NCBI RefSeq assembly: GCF_003918875.1
Contig: NW_025766447.1
Span: 3,844,001-3,908,000 of the forward strand
DNA: 64,000 nt
Reading direction: 5' to 3'
From: Haliotis rubra
Lineage: Eukaryota
Below the pieces are notes generated by a model that made no database searches, had not been told where the DNA came from, and saw only the letters and a program-made list of their open reading frames with translations. Of this stretch, positions 41,901 through 56,900 are shown piece after piece (position 1 is the stretch's first letter; every line of letters begins with the position of its first letter). Position numbers and translations under genes: made by a program.

Positions 41901-44900
41901 AACTTCAACAACCAACAACTTCAGCAACCCAGGTTATCCTGTATAAATGTAGTGTTATTAGATTACACAATCTAACTTCGGCAACCTTGGCTTCACAACC
42001 AATGAAACATCTGAATGTTTTACTGAAAATCAATGCTTATGGCATACTCATCAATTATACGTGTAACCTGGCACAAGCCATCAAAGTTGAAGAGTGTAAA
42101 TTATTTACCCCAATCACTTATCACCCACACAGGTCTCGACAGTGATACCATGGTACACTACGGCATTACCTGTATCAGAAAACTGGAAAAACCGTTATGT
42201 CTTCATGACCTTTGTGAATAATGACTGTATTGCCTGAGAAGCATAATGTGTGTGAAGGTGATGTGAGTGGGCGAGTGAGGGTTCAACGAAGGACGTAGTG
42301 CAATTACAGCAATAATTACGTGGTAGACACTGAAACTGGTCTTTTGTAATTGTCGACCCATGAAGATCCGGGTTAGAACTAGAATCTTCAGTAGCCCATG
42401 CTTGTCATAAGAGGCAACTAACAGGATCGGGGAGTCAGACTCACTGACTTGGTTGACACATGTCGTCGTATCCCAATTGCGTAGATTGATACTCATGTTG
42501 TTGATCACTGGATTGTCTGGCCCAGACTCGATTACTTACAGACTGCGCCATATAGCTGGAATATTGCTGAGTGCAACACAAAACTAAACTCCCTCACTCG
42601 AACACTTATGTAATGCTGCAGTCTGAGTTGGGGTGCTATGCACCTGGATTCCCTTACAAGTTAAACTTACAAATTGATCCTTCACATGGGAATTTGAACT
42701 CCATCTTTGGCATAACCAGTACACACCTTAATAGGTAAGCACTTAGTATCTGAAAATATATAAATGTAATTTTGATAAAAACAAACAGCTATATCTAAAC
42801 TGACAAGGAACCCCAGTGAGATAGGACATTTGAGGAAAATCCAGATCAGTTCCATTAGTGCTTTTGCATAACAGAAGGTGAAAAGACTGTATGATAATCA
42901 CTGCCTTCACTGCCTCTCTTGACATTTCAAAATTTGATATCATCATAGCAATTAACTGAAAGCTTAAAAGAAATGATATAATAATTCTTTGCTTTCAGTT
43001 TTTCATGATCTAAAAAGAATTGTAGTATATTTGTACCCTGACATTTAAGAACTCTTATCAAGAACAAAACGATTGAATTTACGTTAGAAAAGGATTTTTC
43101 TGATGACAACATTGCCACAAAAGAAACCATTAATTCAAAGTGACTTTTTTCTTTCATTGTGTCTCAACAAAGTGGTGAAAGTAATGGTGCAGGTACATGA
43201 ACCCAAGCATATATACAGATAGAAACTCTCTCTTTACTGATCCCTGAACAAAACCTAATGTAAACATAAAGCTCAACCAAAGCCACATCACTAATAAATG
43301 ATTAACCAAATAGTTTGTGTTCGTTTGTCGTTGTGTTATGGTAGAATGGTGATAGTGGTGTTCATAATTACGAGACAGACGTGTTGTGTTTCAATGTAGA
43401 TGTTTAAAACGTTGATTTCATACCTGTCAAATTTTCAAAGTGGATTTGAAAGGAACAGACAGGTATCAAATCTACATTTGAAAACTAAATTGGTGTACTA
43501 TATTCATATATTCTTTAAGTGATTTGTAAGGGATACAGCAAGATGTCCACATGATGGTGTTGAACTCCATGAATCCATCTTTTGACGATCAATACAAGAA
43601 GTTTTCCTACTCCCAAGATATCGATCCATTAATCACTAAAATAGGCTATGGCTCCATTGGTTGAGCTGCTACTCGCTCAAGGTCAGAGTGTGTTACCTTA
43701 GTTGTGATAATAGACAATACTTAGTCTTTGAATATATATAATTTTGACAGAAATAAACTATTCCTTTCATTTCCTTGTTGAAATCTAGACTTGCTTCATT
43801 TAGGGCTTTAGCATTGCAGAAAGGGCTGAGCGGAAGAGAAATTAATGAACTTCAGAGACTGTGAGCTGAGACAGACTATTGACAGATGTACCTAATTCAT
43901 CTTCTTAGCCTAGAGAGCAGAAGTGCTGACTCAGGAGTAAAACTATGTCAAGCTTGTGGCTATCCAGGTCAGATCTACATATAACTGGGGCTGCAGACAA
44001 CCAACCATCCTCAGCTTCTACATCACGCTATCATATTACCATGGATACCAAACTCACAAGGTTTTCTCAAATCAAGTATCATCTGGTTATTGACTGAGAA
44101 TTCTTTTGTTTTAGTTCAACACAGCTGTAGAAGATATGTTGTGCTAAAATTGACTATTTCTATTCAAGCTTTGCTGATAAAATTATACATTTCTGATGTA
44201 TCTGAGAAAGTTATCAATATATAATGTGCCAAGACGAAGTTTACATCTTGGAACTATTCATCTGTCATTTAATTCATAATAAAAAGCTTAGGGATTATTT
44301 TCCCCAAACACAATCCAAATTTGCCGAAGTTGTTGAATTTATGTATTTCATGTTCATTAAGAGAGACTATGGCTGACAAATGAAGCTGGGATAAAGAATG
44401 GTTCTCCTCTTTAGAAGGCAGAGACTGAGTTCAGCAAGGGGAGAATTTGCAAGCTCAATCTTATTGGCAGCAGAATGATATGAAAAACAATGCTTTGCAG
44501 GTCAAAAAAAAGTCACGAAAAACGTGTACATTGTTTCTTGAAACAATCCAGTGACTGCCCAATTACCTAAGAAAAACAATGCCTTCTTTTGGGCTAATAT
44601 TTCCCACATGTCAGCAACACGAACAGGGGTGCAGAAGTCTGCCGAGGGAGTTATTTCCCCGCAGATCGGAACCCTGGAAGGTAAACGTCATTGTTGACAG
44701 GCCTAGCAGCCATCTAGTTAACAGGAAGCTGCTAGATAAACAAAGATTAAATCGGCAGTTCAGGAAATTGAGGATATGACCAACTGAGCACATTATGACG
44801 ACATGTAAGCGATGAGGACATCTTACAAGTTTACATCATTCATGATGGTCAGTTTCTTGCAGTTTACACCAAACATGCCATCAGTATTCTAGATCATATT

Positions 44901-47900
44901 GTCTTACTCCTTCCTATTGTGGAATTATCTGCTCATTCTTTCTCACTCCCTCAAAGCAAACAGGAAGATCTTGGAGAAGACAAGAAATGACACATTCTTC
45001 AAAGGTGCCAATTTATCAATTTACGGCTTAAAACAACAAAACTTCTATATGTCATGGGCAGGTGATGGTGCTGCTCCGTACATCTAGTCCTATCGCAGAC
45101 TTGTGAAACAATCTGAGATGAAACTTCAACTGGAGTGGCCTGAGTTAAACATTTAAAGAAATATGATTTATAATTGTTTGAGACATAACATGTTTCAGAT
45201 AACACAGCAACAGTTGTTTAAAGACATTAAATCAAAATGACTGTCACATTACCATACCCCCACAAGCAACTCCTTTATCAAAATTCACAAATATTAAAAA
45301 ACACTTATATACATGTAAAGTGATTTCTACAGGTTCTCTTGACAACTTGCTCAGTGACAGTCACAGCAACTAGTTCGCAAGTCTGAGACAAGTGAAAATC
45401 TAAAGGAACAAAAAAATTCTCCCTACATTTTTATGTTACATAAGCTAGTGGTCCAAACTGTCGAGATACATATGACCAATGGTATCTAGCCCTGCTTAGC
45501 TATTGATTTTGTTTGGGACATAACACAAGAGCCAGTTTCCAACATTGAAAGTGTTTTCAGTACAAAATATGAATCTTACAAATTCTATAATCAGTCACTG
45601 TGTTCTGAGAAAAGTTAATCTTCAGCTTAGATCTCCTTCTCGTAACAATAATAATCAGAACTGATATCGTCTATTTGTGTTACCAGAATAAACTTGGTAC
45701 TCTCTGGTAGGTACTGAAGACTTAACAACACCAACACAAACTGAACATAAATCCCACATCATGATATATTATATATATAACAGTGAGACCAACCCCCTCA
45801 CCAGAACAGCCTAATAGCCTATATCACACAGTAATTAGCAGGTGTGTTAACAGTTAAAAATAAACTAATGACTGGCAAGACAGGCACATAAATAATGCAA
45901 CATACTAAAATCCAAACAATGACTGTAAATAAAACAGAGGTAAAGCAAACAGGAAACTAAAAAGATGTACAATATCCTGGAGGACGTGATGAGGATGCCC
46001 ATCCTGGAGGCCACACAGAGGGCCAGCCATTAATAATGCTAATGAAAGGAAGGAGATGGCTGCCTACCATGGACACAATCACAGTGATGGCCGGGAACGT
46101 GGATATGCACAAGCTTCTTCTTCAGATTTCTGAACAGAGATGTAACTCCTCCATATCTGCTGGTGGATGACATGGTCCGTGTATGGGTAATGTCCGTCTG
46201 CTCTTGATGTAAACACAGTGTGGTTGAGTCTGCCTGACTCAGTAAATGTGGCCTGATATGGGGTGATCCCACACTGAATGTGCCTTCCAAGTCAGACGTG
46301 CTGGATCAATGAACTCAGTGAGGCTCCACACCAGGGGGCCACATCAGGCGAGGATAATAGGCTGTCAATTTTACCAGTCACCAACTTACCATACAGTGGT
46401 TTGGGATGATGAAGTTTTAAATAGCCCTCACTTAATAAAAGTTGATATAAAACTTCTGATGTCCTTCATATAACCATAACCCTGACACAATGATATGAGT
46501 TTGTATTTATAAATCTTTAAACATTAGCGGATAACAGCTTACTGTAGCGTTATAGATAATATCTTTAATGAACACAATGAACACAAAGATTTCTCACATT
46601 CTTAATATCTCTTATTTGGTTGTTAATTGTTAAGTATTATATAAAGTACAATTTGTAAACATAATGTTGAACACTCTTCTAGAGCCTCATTGGGAACCAC
46701 TCACAGCAAAGCCACCAACAAATTATATTTAACTAGCGGTGAAACAGTCTTTCCAAACCTGAAGCATGTCTTTGTTTTCGTTTCCAGTTATATATTTGAG
46801 TGATAACTTTGTACACACTAAGCAGAATGCAGAAGGTCACAGTTAAATCCCAAGGTCCTTTTTCTTCTATTTTGGGACAGTCAGTTATGGATGTTGATAC
46901 AACCATAGACTAAGGCTTAGTCTCTGAATACTAGTATATATAATTTTGATAGTAACAAACAAGCCCATTTATATTGAAAAGGAGCCCTAGGGAGACCAGA
47001 GATTCAGGAACCTGAGGAAATCTAGACTTGCTTTATTTAGGGCTTTAGCACTGCAGAGAGGGCTTGGCAGTAGGGAAATTAATGTGGTTCAGGGACTGTG
47101 AGACAGACTAATACAACCACTGTATCAGATGATGTGAAGCCATGGTGGAATAGGCCACTGTGTGAATTGAGAGCTCATGCATCCCAGACAAAAGTACATG
47201 TATATTTTGTTATGGACTGACTACAAACTGCAATAAAATATACAATTTGACATTCTTTTTCCCAGAGTACGACATCTTTTCAAAAGTGATAAGCATATAG
47301 CTGCTGGAGGCAGGTATGGGATGATGGTTTCAGTAAAGGTCAGATATCTTCAAGGGAGATTAATACAAATTACAATTTGACATTCTTTTCCCCAGAACAT
47401 CTCATTTGCTTTCAAATTACACCCATTACTCCAGCAGGGATACATTAGTATCCCATTCTACTCATACATGTAACATCATATAGAATTGTGTTTGAACAGC
47501 TGTATGCAACATCTTGTCAACATGAACTGTCCGGAGAGTCCTGTGAGGTTGTGGTGGTTGACAGTAAATATCCTTTCCATATCTCCCTTGCCCAAAAGAT
47601 GATATTTCTGTTTTAAGGAATTGACAATACCACTCATGATGGTTTCTAAATCAAAAGAATATTTTCAAATAATTCATTGCTAAATGCTACAATTGAATAT
47701 GTCAACACAATTATGACACTTGTCAAAAAATAATCTTTAACAAGGTGATAAGAGCATGTAAATTGATATCAGCTGATCTACATTGTGCTACGGATGGGTC
47801 TACTCTATCTCGATACCATCATGGCCCTCATTTTATTAGCACCATGATATCTGCCCATCATCTGGAGCCGACGCCCAAAGGAGCTAATCTTATCATCTAA

Positions 47901-50900
47901 TTCTGGGTTTAATATGATCACCTAGCAGCTCATCACAGATGTGGCCTGCAGATACCAGCGTGCTATAGGTGTTACATCCAGATTACTGCTTTTAGACAAT
48001 GTACAGCATTCGTGCCCTTGGGCTATGTTACTTCCTTCTTCCGATAAATCTATCCACCAATATTTCACAAAAGATTCAAAGAGTGAAAGGTATCATAAAC
48101 CGGACTGGATTAATTGACGGTCAGTTGCAACTAAATGAATCAGTGTCAAATGATTAACCAGTACATTCTTCATGCAATAAGTCCTAGGTTTCTAAATATT
48201 TCTATTCGTAGGTGTGTCTCTGGTATAAAACCGACATAGTTGATGCATCCCATGGGACATGCAGGTGACATCACACAGCATCCATTCTCAGTTCTTGTAC
48301 ATGCAGGATATAATACCTTCCATCCACTCATAATCTGCTAATGTTACTCCCTAAACAAAACTTGAATCTGGCCCTGATTTCTCAAAACAAACTTAAGTTT
48401 TTACTCAAATTTCAAACTGAGTGTGACAATATGAAACAGTTGAATTTTGAACTCAGCTGCAGTTTTTTAATAAAAAAGCCCAAACAACTTAAGTATTCTA
48501 TTCACCAAACTCAAATTGTCTACTATGTTTGAGTTTAATATCGATTTCAGTTCATTCTGGGAAATGCGTTTTCTCAAATGTGAGTAAAAATTCGAACTTA
48601 AGTCAAAACTCAGACTTAAGTTTGTTTCGAGAAATCAGGCCCAGGCTCACAAGACCAACCATGCCTACTTGACCACACTTGTTCAGTTAATTTTTTTAAT
48701 GTACACTGATTTTTAATGACATCAATATATTCTATAACATGTGAAGTTCTTTTTCAACAACATATTACTGATTTCTGAACATCAGAAACATCAGAATTTA
48801 CTACTCAATTTAGTTAAGAGAGAGCATTTTTCAACTCATCCACTTACAGGTGTTCAAAATAAACTATGTAATTAAGGCCTAGAAGTGTAAGAAATAGAGA
48901 CAAATATAATGCCCTCCTCAAACCATGTGTCCCTCAGTATCCAAATATCATATGTATATTCAGATGAATACTTGACTTGCTTTTGCATGTGTTTGTGACA
49001 GTGGCCACAGAAGAGGCAAAATATGCTCATATGTTCGAAAACACCAGGTATCATCATTAATTGCCTGTCAGAATTGTACAATGCACTCTGTAGAATAGAA
49101 TGTTATAAATTGTTTTTATTTTATCACTGTGAAGAACAACTCTTGTCACATCAACACTACAAAATGCAGGACATCATCTGGTCTGTCTAGTTTCTTTATA
49201 TATTAGATCATGCACTGCATAGATACAGTAGTCAATATGGTGACACACCCACAGCGGTTCATGGCCGGGAAGGCTAAAATCGTGGATGTTCTCGGTCCAA
49301 TGAGCGTAGCCTTTGCAGTACTTGCAATGCAATGTTATGGCTGAATGAACACGGCGCCCCTCACATGGAGGCTCTGACAAATTAAAAAGAAAACTCTTAA
49401 TTTGGGCACATATAAAAATATAAATAAAGTTATTTACACATTTTCACGTCTATTCTTCATAATTCATTTTCTTTAATTCGACATTAAATAGTTAATTTTG
49501 AAGAGTCTTTCCAAAGAGATAAATATATACCTTACGAGTTTAAATCTTTAAATATGTTTCTGCTTATGTATGCTGATAATCTTGTAATATTTTCTGAATC
49601 TGTTGAAAGGTTGCAAAGACAGTTGAATTTGTTGTCACCTTATTCCAGACGGTGGGAACTTGAAGTAAATATTGCTAAAACAAAGATAATGGTCTTCAGA
49701 AGAGGTGGTAAAGTTAAATCGTCAGAACATTGGTTATATATAATGGTTGTGTCCTAGAGGTTCTCGATACGTTTCCATATTTAGGAATAGGTCTTAATTA
49801 TAATAACCGATTATCAAAGGCACAGATGCAGTTGTCTGACCAGGGTAGGAAGGCCCCTTTTTTCAATTTACAATAATATCAGGTCGCTCTCTCTCAACCT
49901 GGAATCTCTTTTATTTGTCTTTGATTGTTATGTTGGTAGTATACTATCTTATGCTTCTTGTGTCTGACAATAGCATTTTACGGAGTTGTTATGAGCAATG
50001 GATCGGAAACAATTAAATAATAATCAGCAACAACACATACGGCATGCACATCATTGTACAGGGTGGGCCTTTGCTAATAACATCAACCACTGGGCATCTG
50101 TTCCCAGTTCCCAGTAAACCACGATCTTGATTGCAGGCAAATTAATTACTTGGTACAACGTCCTGACTCAAAAGCCCTTTTCAATGTTCCAACATTGTAT
50201 TTCCACTCGTCCCCAAAAATATCTGCTACACAGTTGCCGTGTACCAATTGACAGAAGTGATAGTCCACTATGAAACGTGGAACTTTCTTCCATCTTGAAT
50301 CACATTACTCTTGGATTAGATTGTATTGAGTTTCTCCTTGCCTTTGGTGTTTAACTTGAAACGCTGAATTCCTACAGCTCTAACTGAATTACATAAATTA
50401 ATATATGATTATGTAAATCAGTAATATTAAGACAATACATGATTGTATAATAGCAGGTAACTTTTAACCACAAATTATGAATCTAAAAACCTTTTCAAAA
50501 ACATTTCAAATGGAGATGGATTTTAGGGACCCGAGAGAGTACATCACTTAACAAGGGAGTAGGGTGGTTGGGGTAGGGTGGTGGGAGTAGGGTGGTTGGG
50601 GTAGGGTGGTTGGGGTAGGGTGGTAGTACACGTGATACATGTAGTTGTATTTGATCGTACTGAGAACACGACAATTAACACCAGAAACACACCTGGAGGC
50701 AGAATTAGTCTATATCCAGAAATAGTCTATATCATTCCCATTCATCTTTCACAATAATATCCAAACACCTTAATTTTAAACTGTCCAAACAACTAGCATG
50801 AACTCGCCCACCCATCCCACAATTTCACATTCTTTATAAGGTGCATGCAGAAAACAATTAGGCTAAAAAGAACATTTCTCTCTTTTTGAAACATCTTCAA

Positions 50901-53900
50901 TCATCACAAAAGAAAGAATTTTGTTTCTAAAAAGTAAAAGTTTCAGCAAATAATTGACAACTAGCTACTAAACTTTACATGAGAAGAAAATAAGGATGTC
51001 CACTCTGATTAATTTCTTCAAATATTGCCCATGAACTAAAGTTTTAAATATTGTAGCCTCAGTGTTGATTTTGTTCTCCCAAAGCAGAGCAGACGTCAAC
51101 TCAACAAAACCTGCCAAAAAGCAGGTTTCTTTGTCATAACCATCATTGATTAATTATTTTAGTCTCCTTTCTATTTTGAGAACAATACAACTACAGCACA
51201 ACTAGCACTGGTGTCAATGACATTAGTTCAGTTCACAAACTAAAACAATGACACCAATAAACATGACTATTTTGGGATTTTCTGCAGATGTTGCATGTCT
51301 GTAGCTATTACAAAGGCCCACTCTTTGTGTACTTTGTTATCCCAGACCGTCAGCACTGCAGGATTATGTTATGGTCGTTGCACCAAGCTGCTCAGCTCCC
51401 TCTAGTCTGGTGGGATTGACTTGTACACTACATCAACTGACATGCAAGTTAATGTCTTGTTTAATTAATTTGCACTGTTTAACTGTACATGATGTCATTT
51501 GTATATATGTGTAAACTTGAAGTCATGTTCTCTTTTGCTTAATTTTCACTGTCCTGAATAATATATATTAGTGTCCTGTAAGCCAGTTTATGACTGGGTC
51601 AGTTTTTAAAATCTTACCTTTCTCAGTGCATAACTTATTGTAACTGACTTTGACTCTCCAACAATCTATTTCTATCTGTCTGTGTGACTGTCTTTAATAA
51701 AGATTTTTACAATGATATTTTTAGAAACAACAGTCTTTGGGAAGAGTTGGGAAAATAACTCATTATTCACTGGGGGCCACTGTTGGGGTTATTTTCACTA
51801 TCACATTAATATTATCATGGTATAATTGGTGTTTGGACACGTAAGAACATCTGGTGTTGTCGGGATTATCACATGAACAACGTTACTGACTTATGAAAGA
51901 CAACTTTATCTTAAACACAGGCCATCATCCGAGTATTTACAATATCTGTGTGACACAAACCACTTTGTTATATTGAGAGCAAACACTGCTTTCTGACAAT
52001 ATGTGACATCCAAATAATTTGACAATACACCAATCATATAACTTGACAATTACATTGAAGATTATAGTGGAAACAAAAAAAATATTACCCACAAGTAAAA
52101 GTTGGATACATCCCCAAATAGTTTTGTATTTGAAACAGATAAGGAATATGTGACTTCATCATTTTTACTTGGATATTTGAACATTTCTACAAAGGTTTCT
52201 CTAAAAAATGGCTGTGATATATCATGGAATGATTATATTCTCAACAAAAATTACAATCAATTTTTTCCTTGCCCTTTTGTGCTGCATTCAGTTAATGACA
52301 GTGGTTTGTAAATAATGTCTGAACCAGACAATCCAGTGATTGACATCATGAGCATCAAGCGACATCACTGAGAAACAATGATATATGCCTCAACCAAGCT
52401 GGCGAGTATGACCACCAAATCCTGTTAGTCAACTCTTCCAACATGCATGGGTTGAGTGCCAGGCCAAATGTTCACAGTGACACCTGTACTGCCTCCATAA
52501 CCTGAGAACTGACTTATACAGATTTTCTCTTAACAATCCTGTCCAAAGTGGAGTAAAATAAATTAAAACAATGTTTCAAGGCATTGATTTATATTTTCAT
52601 TAAAAACATGATCTCATGAAGTTATGTGCTATATTCTTCATGCAGGTACAGTGTAATGTAAGTTGCTTCAGACAACTAGTTGGTAATGAAAAGCTAAATT
52701 TGCAGTCACAACAAAAGTGAGACCAAGTAAAGTGTTGTTTCTATCAGAGACCCATAAATCAAGGCCCAACCCTTGCCACTTCCACACAAGTTGCTGCAGC
52801 ATAACAGGCCAGGAGTGACCCAACACCTATTAAAAGAATGGGCACTAGCACAAAGCAGTCATAGTATAACTGCCATAGAAGAACATTGTTAAAATGGGGT
52901 AGATAGTTATCAAACTATATCACTCATGTAAGTGGTACCTGGTGGCAGAATTTCATATCCCAGGGGAGTTGTTTATGGGGTCAATGACACAGTTCCCTGG
53001 CAGCCCAGAGCACTGGATTACTATTGCTATTATTATTATATCTCACCACCACTCACTTACAAAATGACACTATGCTCCAGTTTGAGGTAGGCTAGCATGC
53101 ATGATCACATCACCAAAGTAATGGCTTATAATGTTTAATCAAGTACTGCTATGTGTAACACGCCTTGGAAATGTAGAAAATAGAATATCAATATGATAAA
53201 TAGCTTTAAGCCAGTACAGTCCTGGGATTGTGCAAGCATGAGGAGATGCAGCAGATGATCAATAGTCATCTAACATGGTTATGGAGCCAGTGTTTTACAT
53301 ACTACAACAGTAAGGATTCCTGGGCTATAGAGGTACTGGCCAGCTGTCAACGGTCAATAGTGGTGTGACTGGTCATGTGTTTAACTTTGACCAATCACCA
53401 TAACATCTACTGCTTGTAAACAAAAACCACACCACCTCCATGGTCTGATGGATAAAGCATTCCTTGAGATATACCCCAGGGAGGTTTTAAAGCCCTTTGC
53501 CCATTGATCCATGTCTCACAACATTTTGACAGAAACTTGTAATTGAGAGGGAGATAACCCAATTAGCAGTGAAAGGGTAGAGTTTGGGGTGGGGTGGGGA
53601 TTTCTACTGAATCAAGGGGGAATGTATGAAAGTCATAGATAAGATCAAGGATGTCTGTCTGCATAAAATCTGTATATATGCGGATCTGTCTAAAAATTAC
53701 ATACAAATGATATATGAGTGAGTGAGCTGGGTTTTACGCCACTTTTAGCAATATTGCAGCAATATCACAGCAGAGGACACCAGAGATGGGCTTCACAAAA
53801 TGTACCCATATGGGGAATTGAACCCGGGTATTCAGCATGATGAGCGAACACTTAAACCACTGGGCTACCTCACTGCCCCTTTGATAAAAGTAACTAGAAA

Positions 53901-56900
53901 TAATGAAAATATTCTTCTGTACTATTGTCCCACTGTGACCCGACATGTTTACAAACAAACATCGTTCAAAAACACTAGATTGAAATTAATCAATTATGAC
54001 TTCATTATGCATTAGAAGTAACGACAAACCCTATCATTAACAAAATTCATATGGATCTCAATGTTTTTCCCTAGTTTTATTTACCGGGCGTCCAAACAGT
54101 AATTTCCACTAAACCCACAGTATAACAATGGAAGATAAAAGATAATCAGCAACATTTGCATAATCAAATTTGATGATGCTTATGATATTTAATAAACATA
54201 GTCGTTCAGTTCCATATATTGTGTGTACAACTTCATGACAATATAAGCAGACACAAAAAATTACTGCACATATCCTAGTTGCAAATTGGGTGTGTGTCAG
54301 TATTTACATTTCGCCTGTGTAGCAATGTCTTTTGTGTCTTTAAACTGCTTAAATGACATTTCTCTTCACTAAAAGTGACAATGACAGTTATTCTCGTCAC
54401 GAATACTATGCAACAGTATCGCTGAAAATACTGAGAAATTATTCTAACAAAATGTTCCTGGATATTTCTGTACTAAATATATGGCTTGTCGCCAGTAGTT
54501 GAGGCAGTCACTGGGCAGTCCTGTCTGGGTCAGTGAAGTGCCAGTGCAGCATACCCAGGTTAACATGCTGGGATAAGTCCTGCAACCACACGCTTAGCAT
54601 AGCACAATCTCATCTTAACATAACAGATTCCTACCACAGTAATCATGCTTGAAAGAAAAATGCTCACAGTTCCACCCAGATATATACTGAACTATCAGAA
54701 CTACACTGATGTAAATCGGGAATACATGTCCCTAAAGACAGCAACCAACACAAACGGTCTGAATCAGAACATCTGGAATCTACAATCTGATTGGTTGTAA
54801 GGTTACCTACGTCCCACTGTTGATCAATCCAACTTGATTGGCTGCTATATTTAAGACAAGAGTCATGTTATTCTGTTATAAACATCCCATATATTCATTC
54901 CCTTGTATTCAATATGAGATAAATATAATAGGGCTGTCAACTTCTACATTAAATTTACCTCTCTCTGTTTCAGATCAATAGTGTCAATATTTTATTACTT
55001 CTCTTAAACAATCAACCCTTCAACCTATATCTTAACCTTCACTGTTGTAATTGTTAAAAATTAAATAGTCTGAAACTCAGTGAAAGGTGAAAGATATTCC
55101 GAGACATGCATAACTTTGATGATTTACGAACAACATGACCATGGCACCAATACAAGGGAAGGCAGGTCAGATCATTCTGTTATGTAATGGACACTGAGAG
55201 ACACTGCATGATCTCATCTTTCTCCAGCACCTACAAAATGTAACTATTTCCAATATTTACATATACAGTCATCCCTCGCCATAACGCGGGTCTTGGGGTC
55301 CATGGATCACACACACACGACATATACGCCATCGCAATAACACACGACACTACACACGCACACACACACACCGCGTTATTAGACACCCGTGTTATAGTAA
55401 CTATTACATAAAGCGGAACAAAGGCCAAGTAAAATCATATTTTCCATGGACATAACAAAACTGTTATTTCGGGTATTGTGCCCTGTCGAAACTATATCGT
55501 ATTGTTGGACGTGAAAAAAACAACTTTGTAAATGAAAATAGATGTATGTACAGGAACCTTGCAATCAAACTTCACTAGACATGATAATTCAATTGTTGTT
55601 CCTGTTATGCTACCTGTTATTCAACTAAGCCGGAAATAGCAATCAGCTGTGCACAGATGTTTTGGTCCAATGTACCGGTGATTCAGTTAAAAACGATCCG
55701 ATAACATAACATCAAAGAATTTGTATTCCATTATCAGAATAATTTATATCTTAAGGAGTTATTTTACAGAGATATCATATATTGCGATCGTATAAGTATA
55801 ATGCATGTTTTCTACGAACATATTTAACATAACAATTAACATAGGCTAAGCACCTTGGGTTACATGGCGGGATACATTTTGCGTAGGAGACATTTTGACA
55901 AGTCACTGCATACTTCCCGCAGTACGTGCCACTTTGATTGTAAAAGCAAACTGTTGGCAATTAAATGTCAAATATGACTTCAATGAGTCAATAACGTGGG
56001 TCTTGGGGTCCATGGATGACGAAGCTGTAATCTGTTTGTGATTGCTGAGAAATATGTGAAATTAGTGCTATCGTGGTAGGCGCAAAAAACCCTCACGAAT
56101 GTGGTAAGCGGAAGTTGTATGAAATCAGGTAATGCCATTTCACTCACGGTTTCTTCGTTATTACTGTAAACAGTTTTAATGAATGAAAATGGGATTGAAT
56201 TTAATCAAATAAAATGTGTTTTCTGACATCATACGTTCTCGGATGGCAGTGTTTACCTCGCGCAATAACGCGGTGTGTTGCATCACAGCAGAAATTGTAA
56301 GTATTCGGTTGATGGCATGTCTTTATGATAAAGTTGTCTTTTATAAGTTATTATTATAATAATAATAATAATAATAATAATAGCATATTTGTACCGCGCA
56401 TATATCCATGCTTATGCATGCTCAAAGCGCACAAATAAAAATGCAAGAAAGGCAAAGAGCTACAGTTCAAAGGCCATCTTGAACATGTGAGTTTTTAGAT
56501 TGGATTTAAAGGTATGAAAGTCAGAACAGTCTCTGAGACTCTGTGGGAGACTATTCCAGGCCATTATTACGATGTTTCACTGTTCGTCTGATTATTATTG
56601 AGAAAACCCTTCATGTTTTATCATCTGAAAAACCATGGATATGTACGATAAACACTGTTGATTGCAATCCGCACTGAATTTCACTAGTTCACAACGTGAT
56701 TAACCAGAGCTCAACAGTGAATTTGTTGATGTGCTATTTTCGATGACGTGAAGATGTGTGATCGCTGGGCAACTTTTTTTAAGGGAGCCATGGATTACCC
56801 CGTGGTTTATCCGAATCCGCGGTATCGCGAAGAGCGTTATTGAGAGGGATGACTGTATCATCTAGGTAAAACTGACGTCAAACTGAAGTAAAACTAACAC

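Noticed and set aside
51289-51710. Solo LTR (TG...AATAAA...CA)
   Set aside because: No matching TSD and no second copy in the window.
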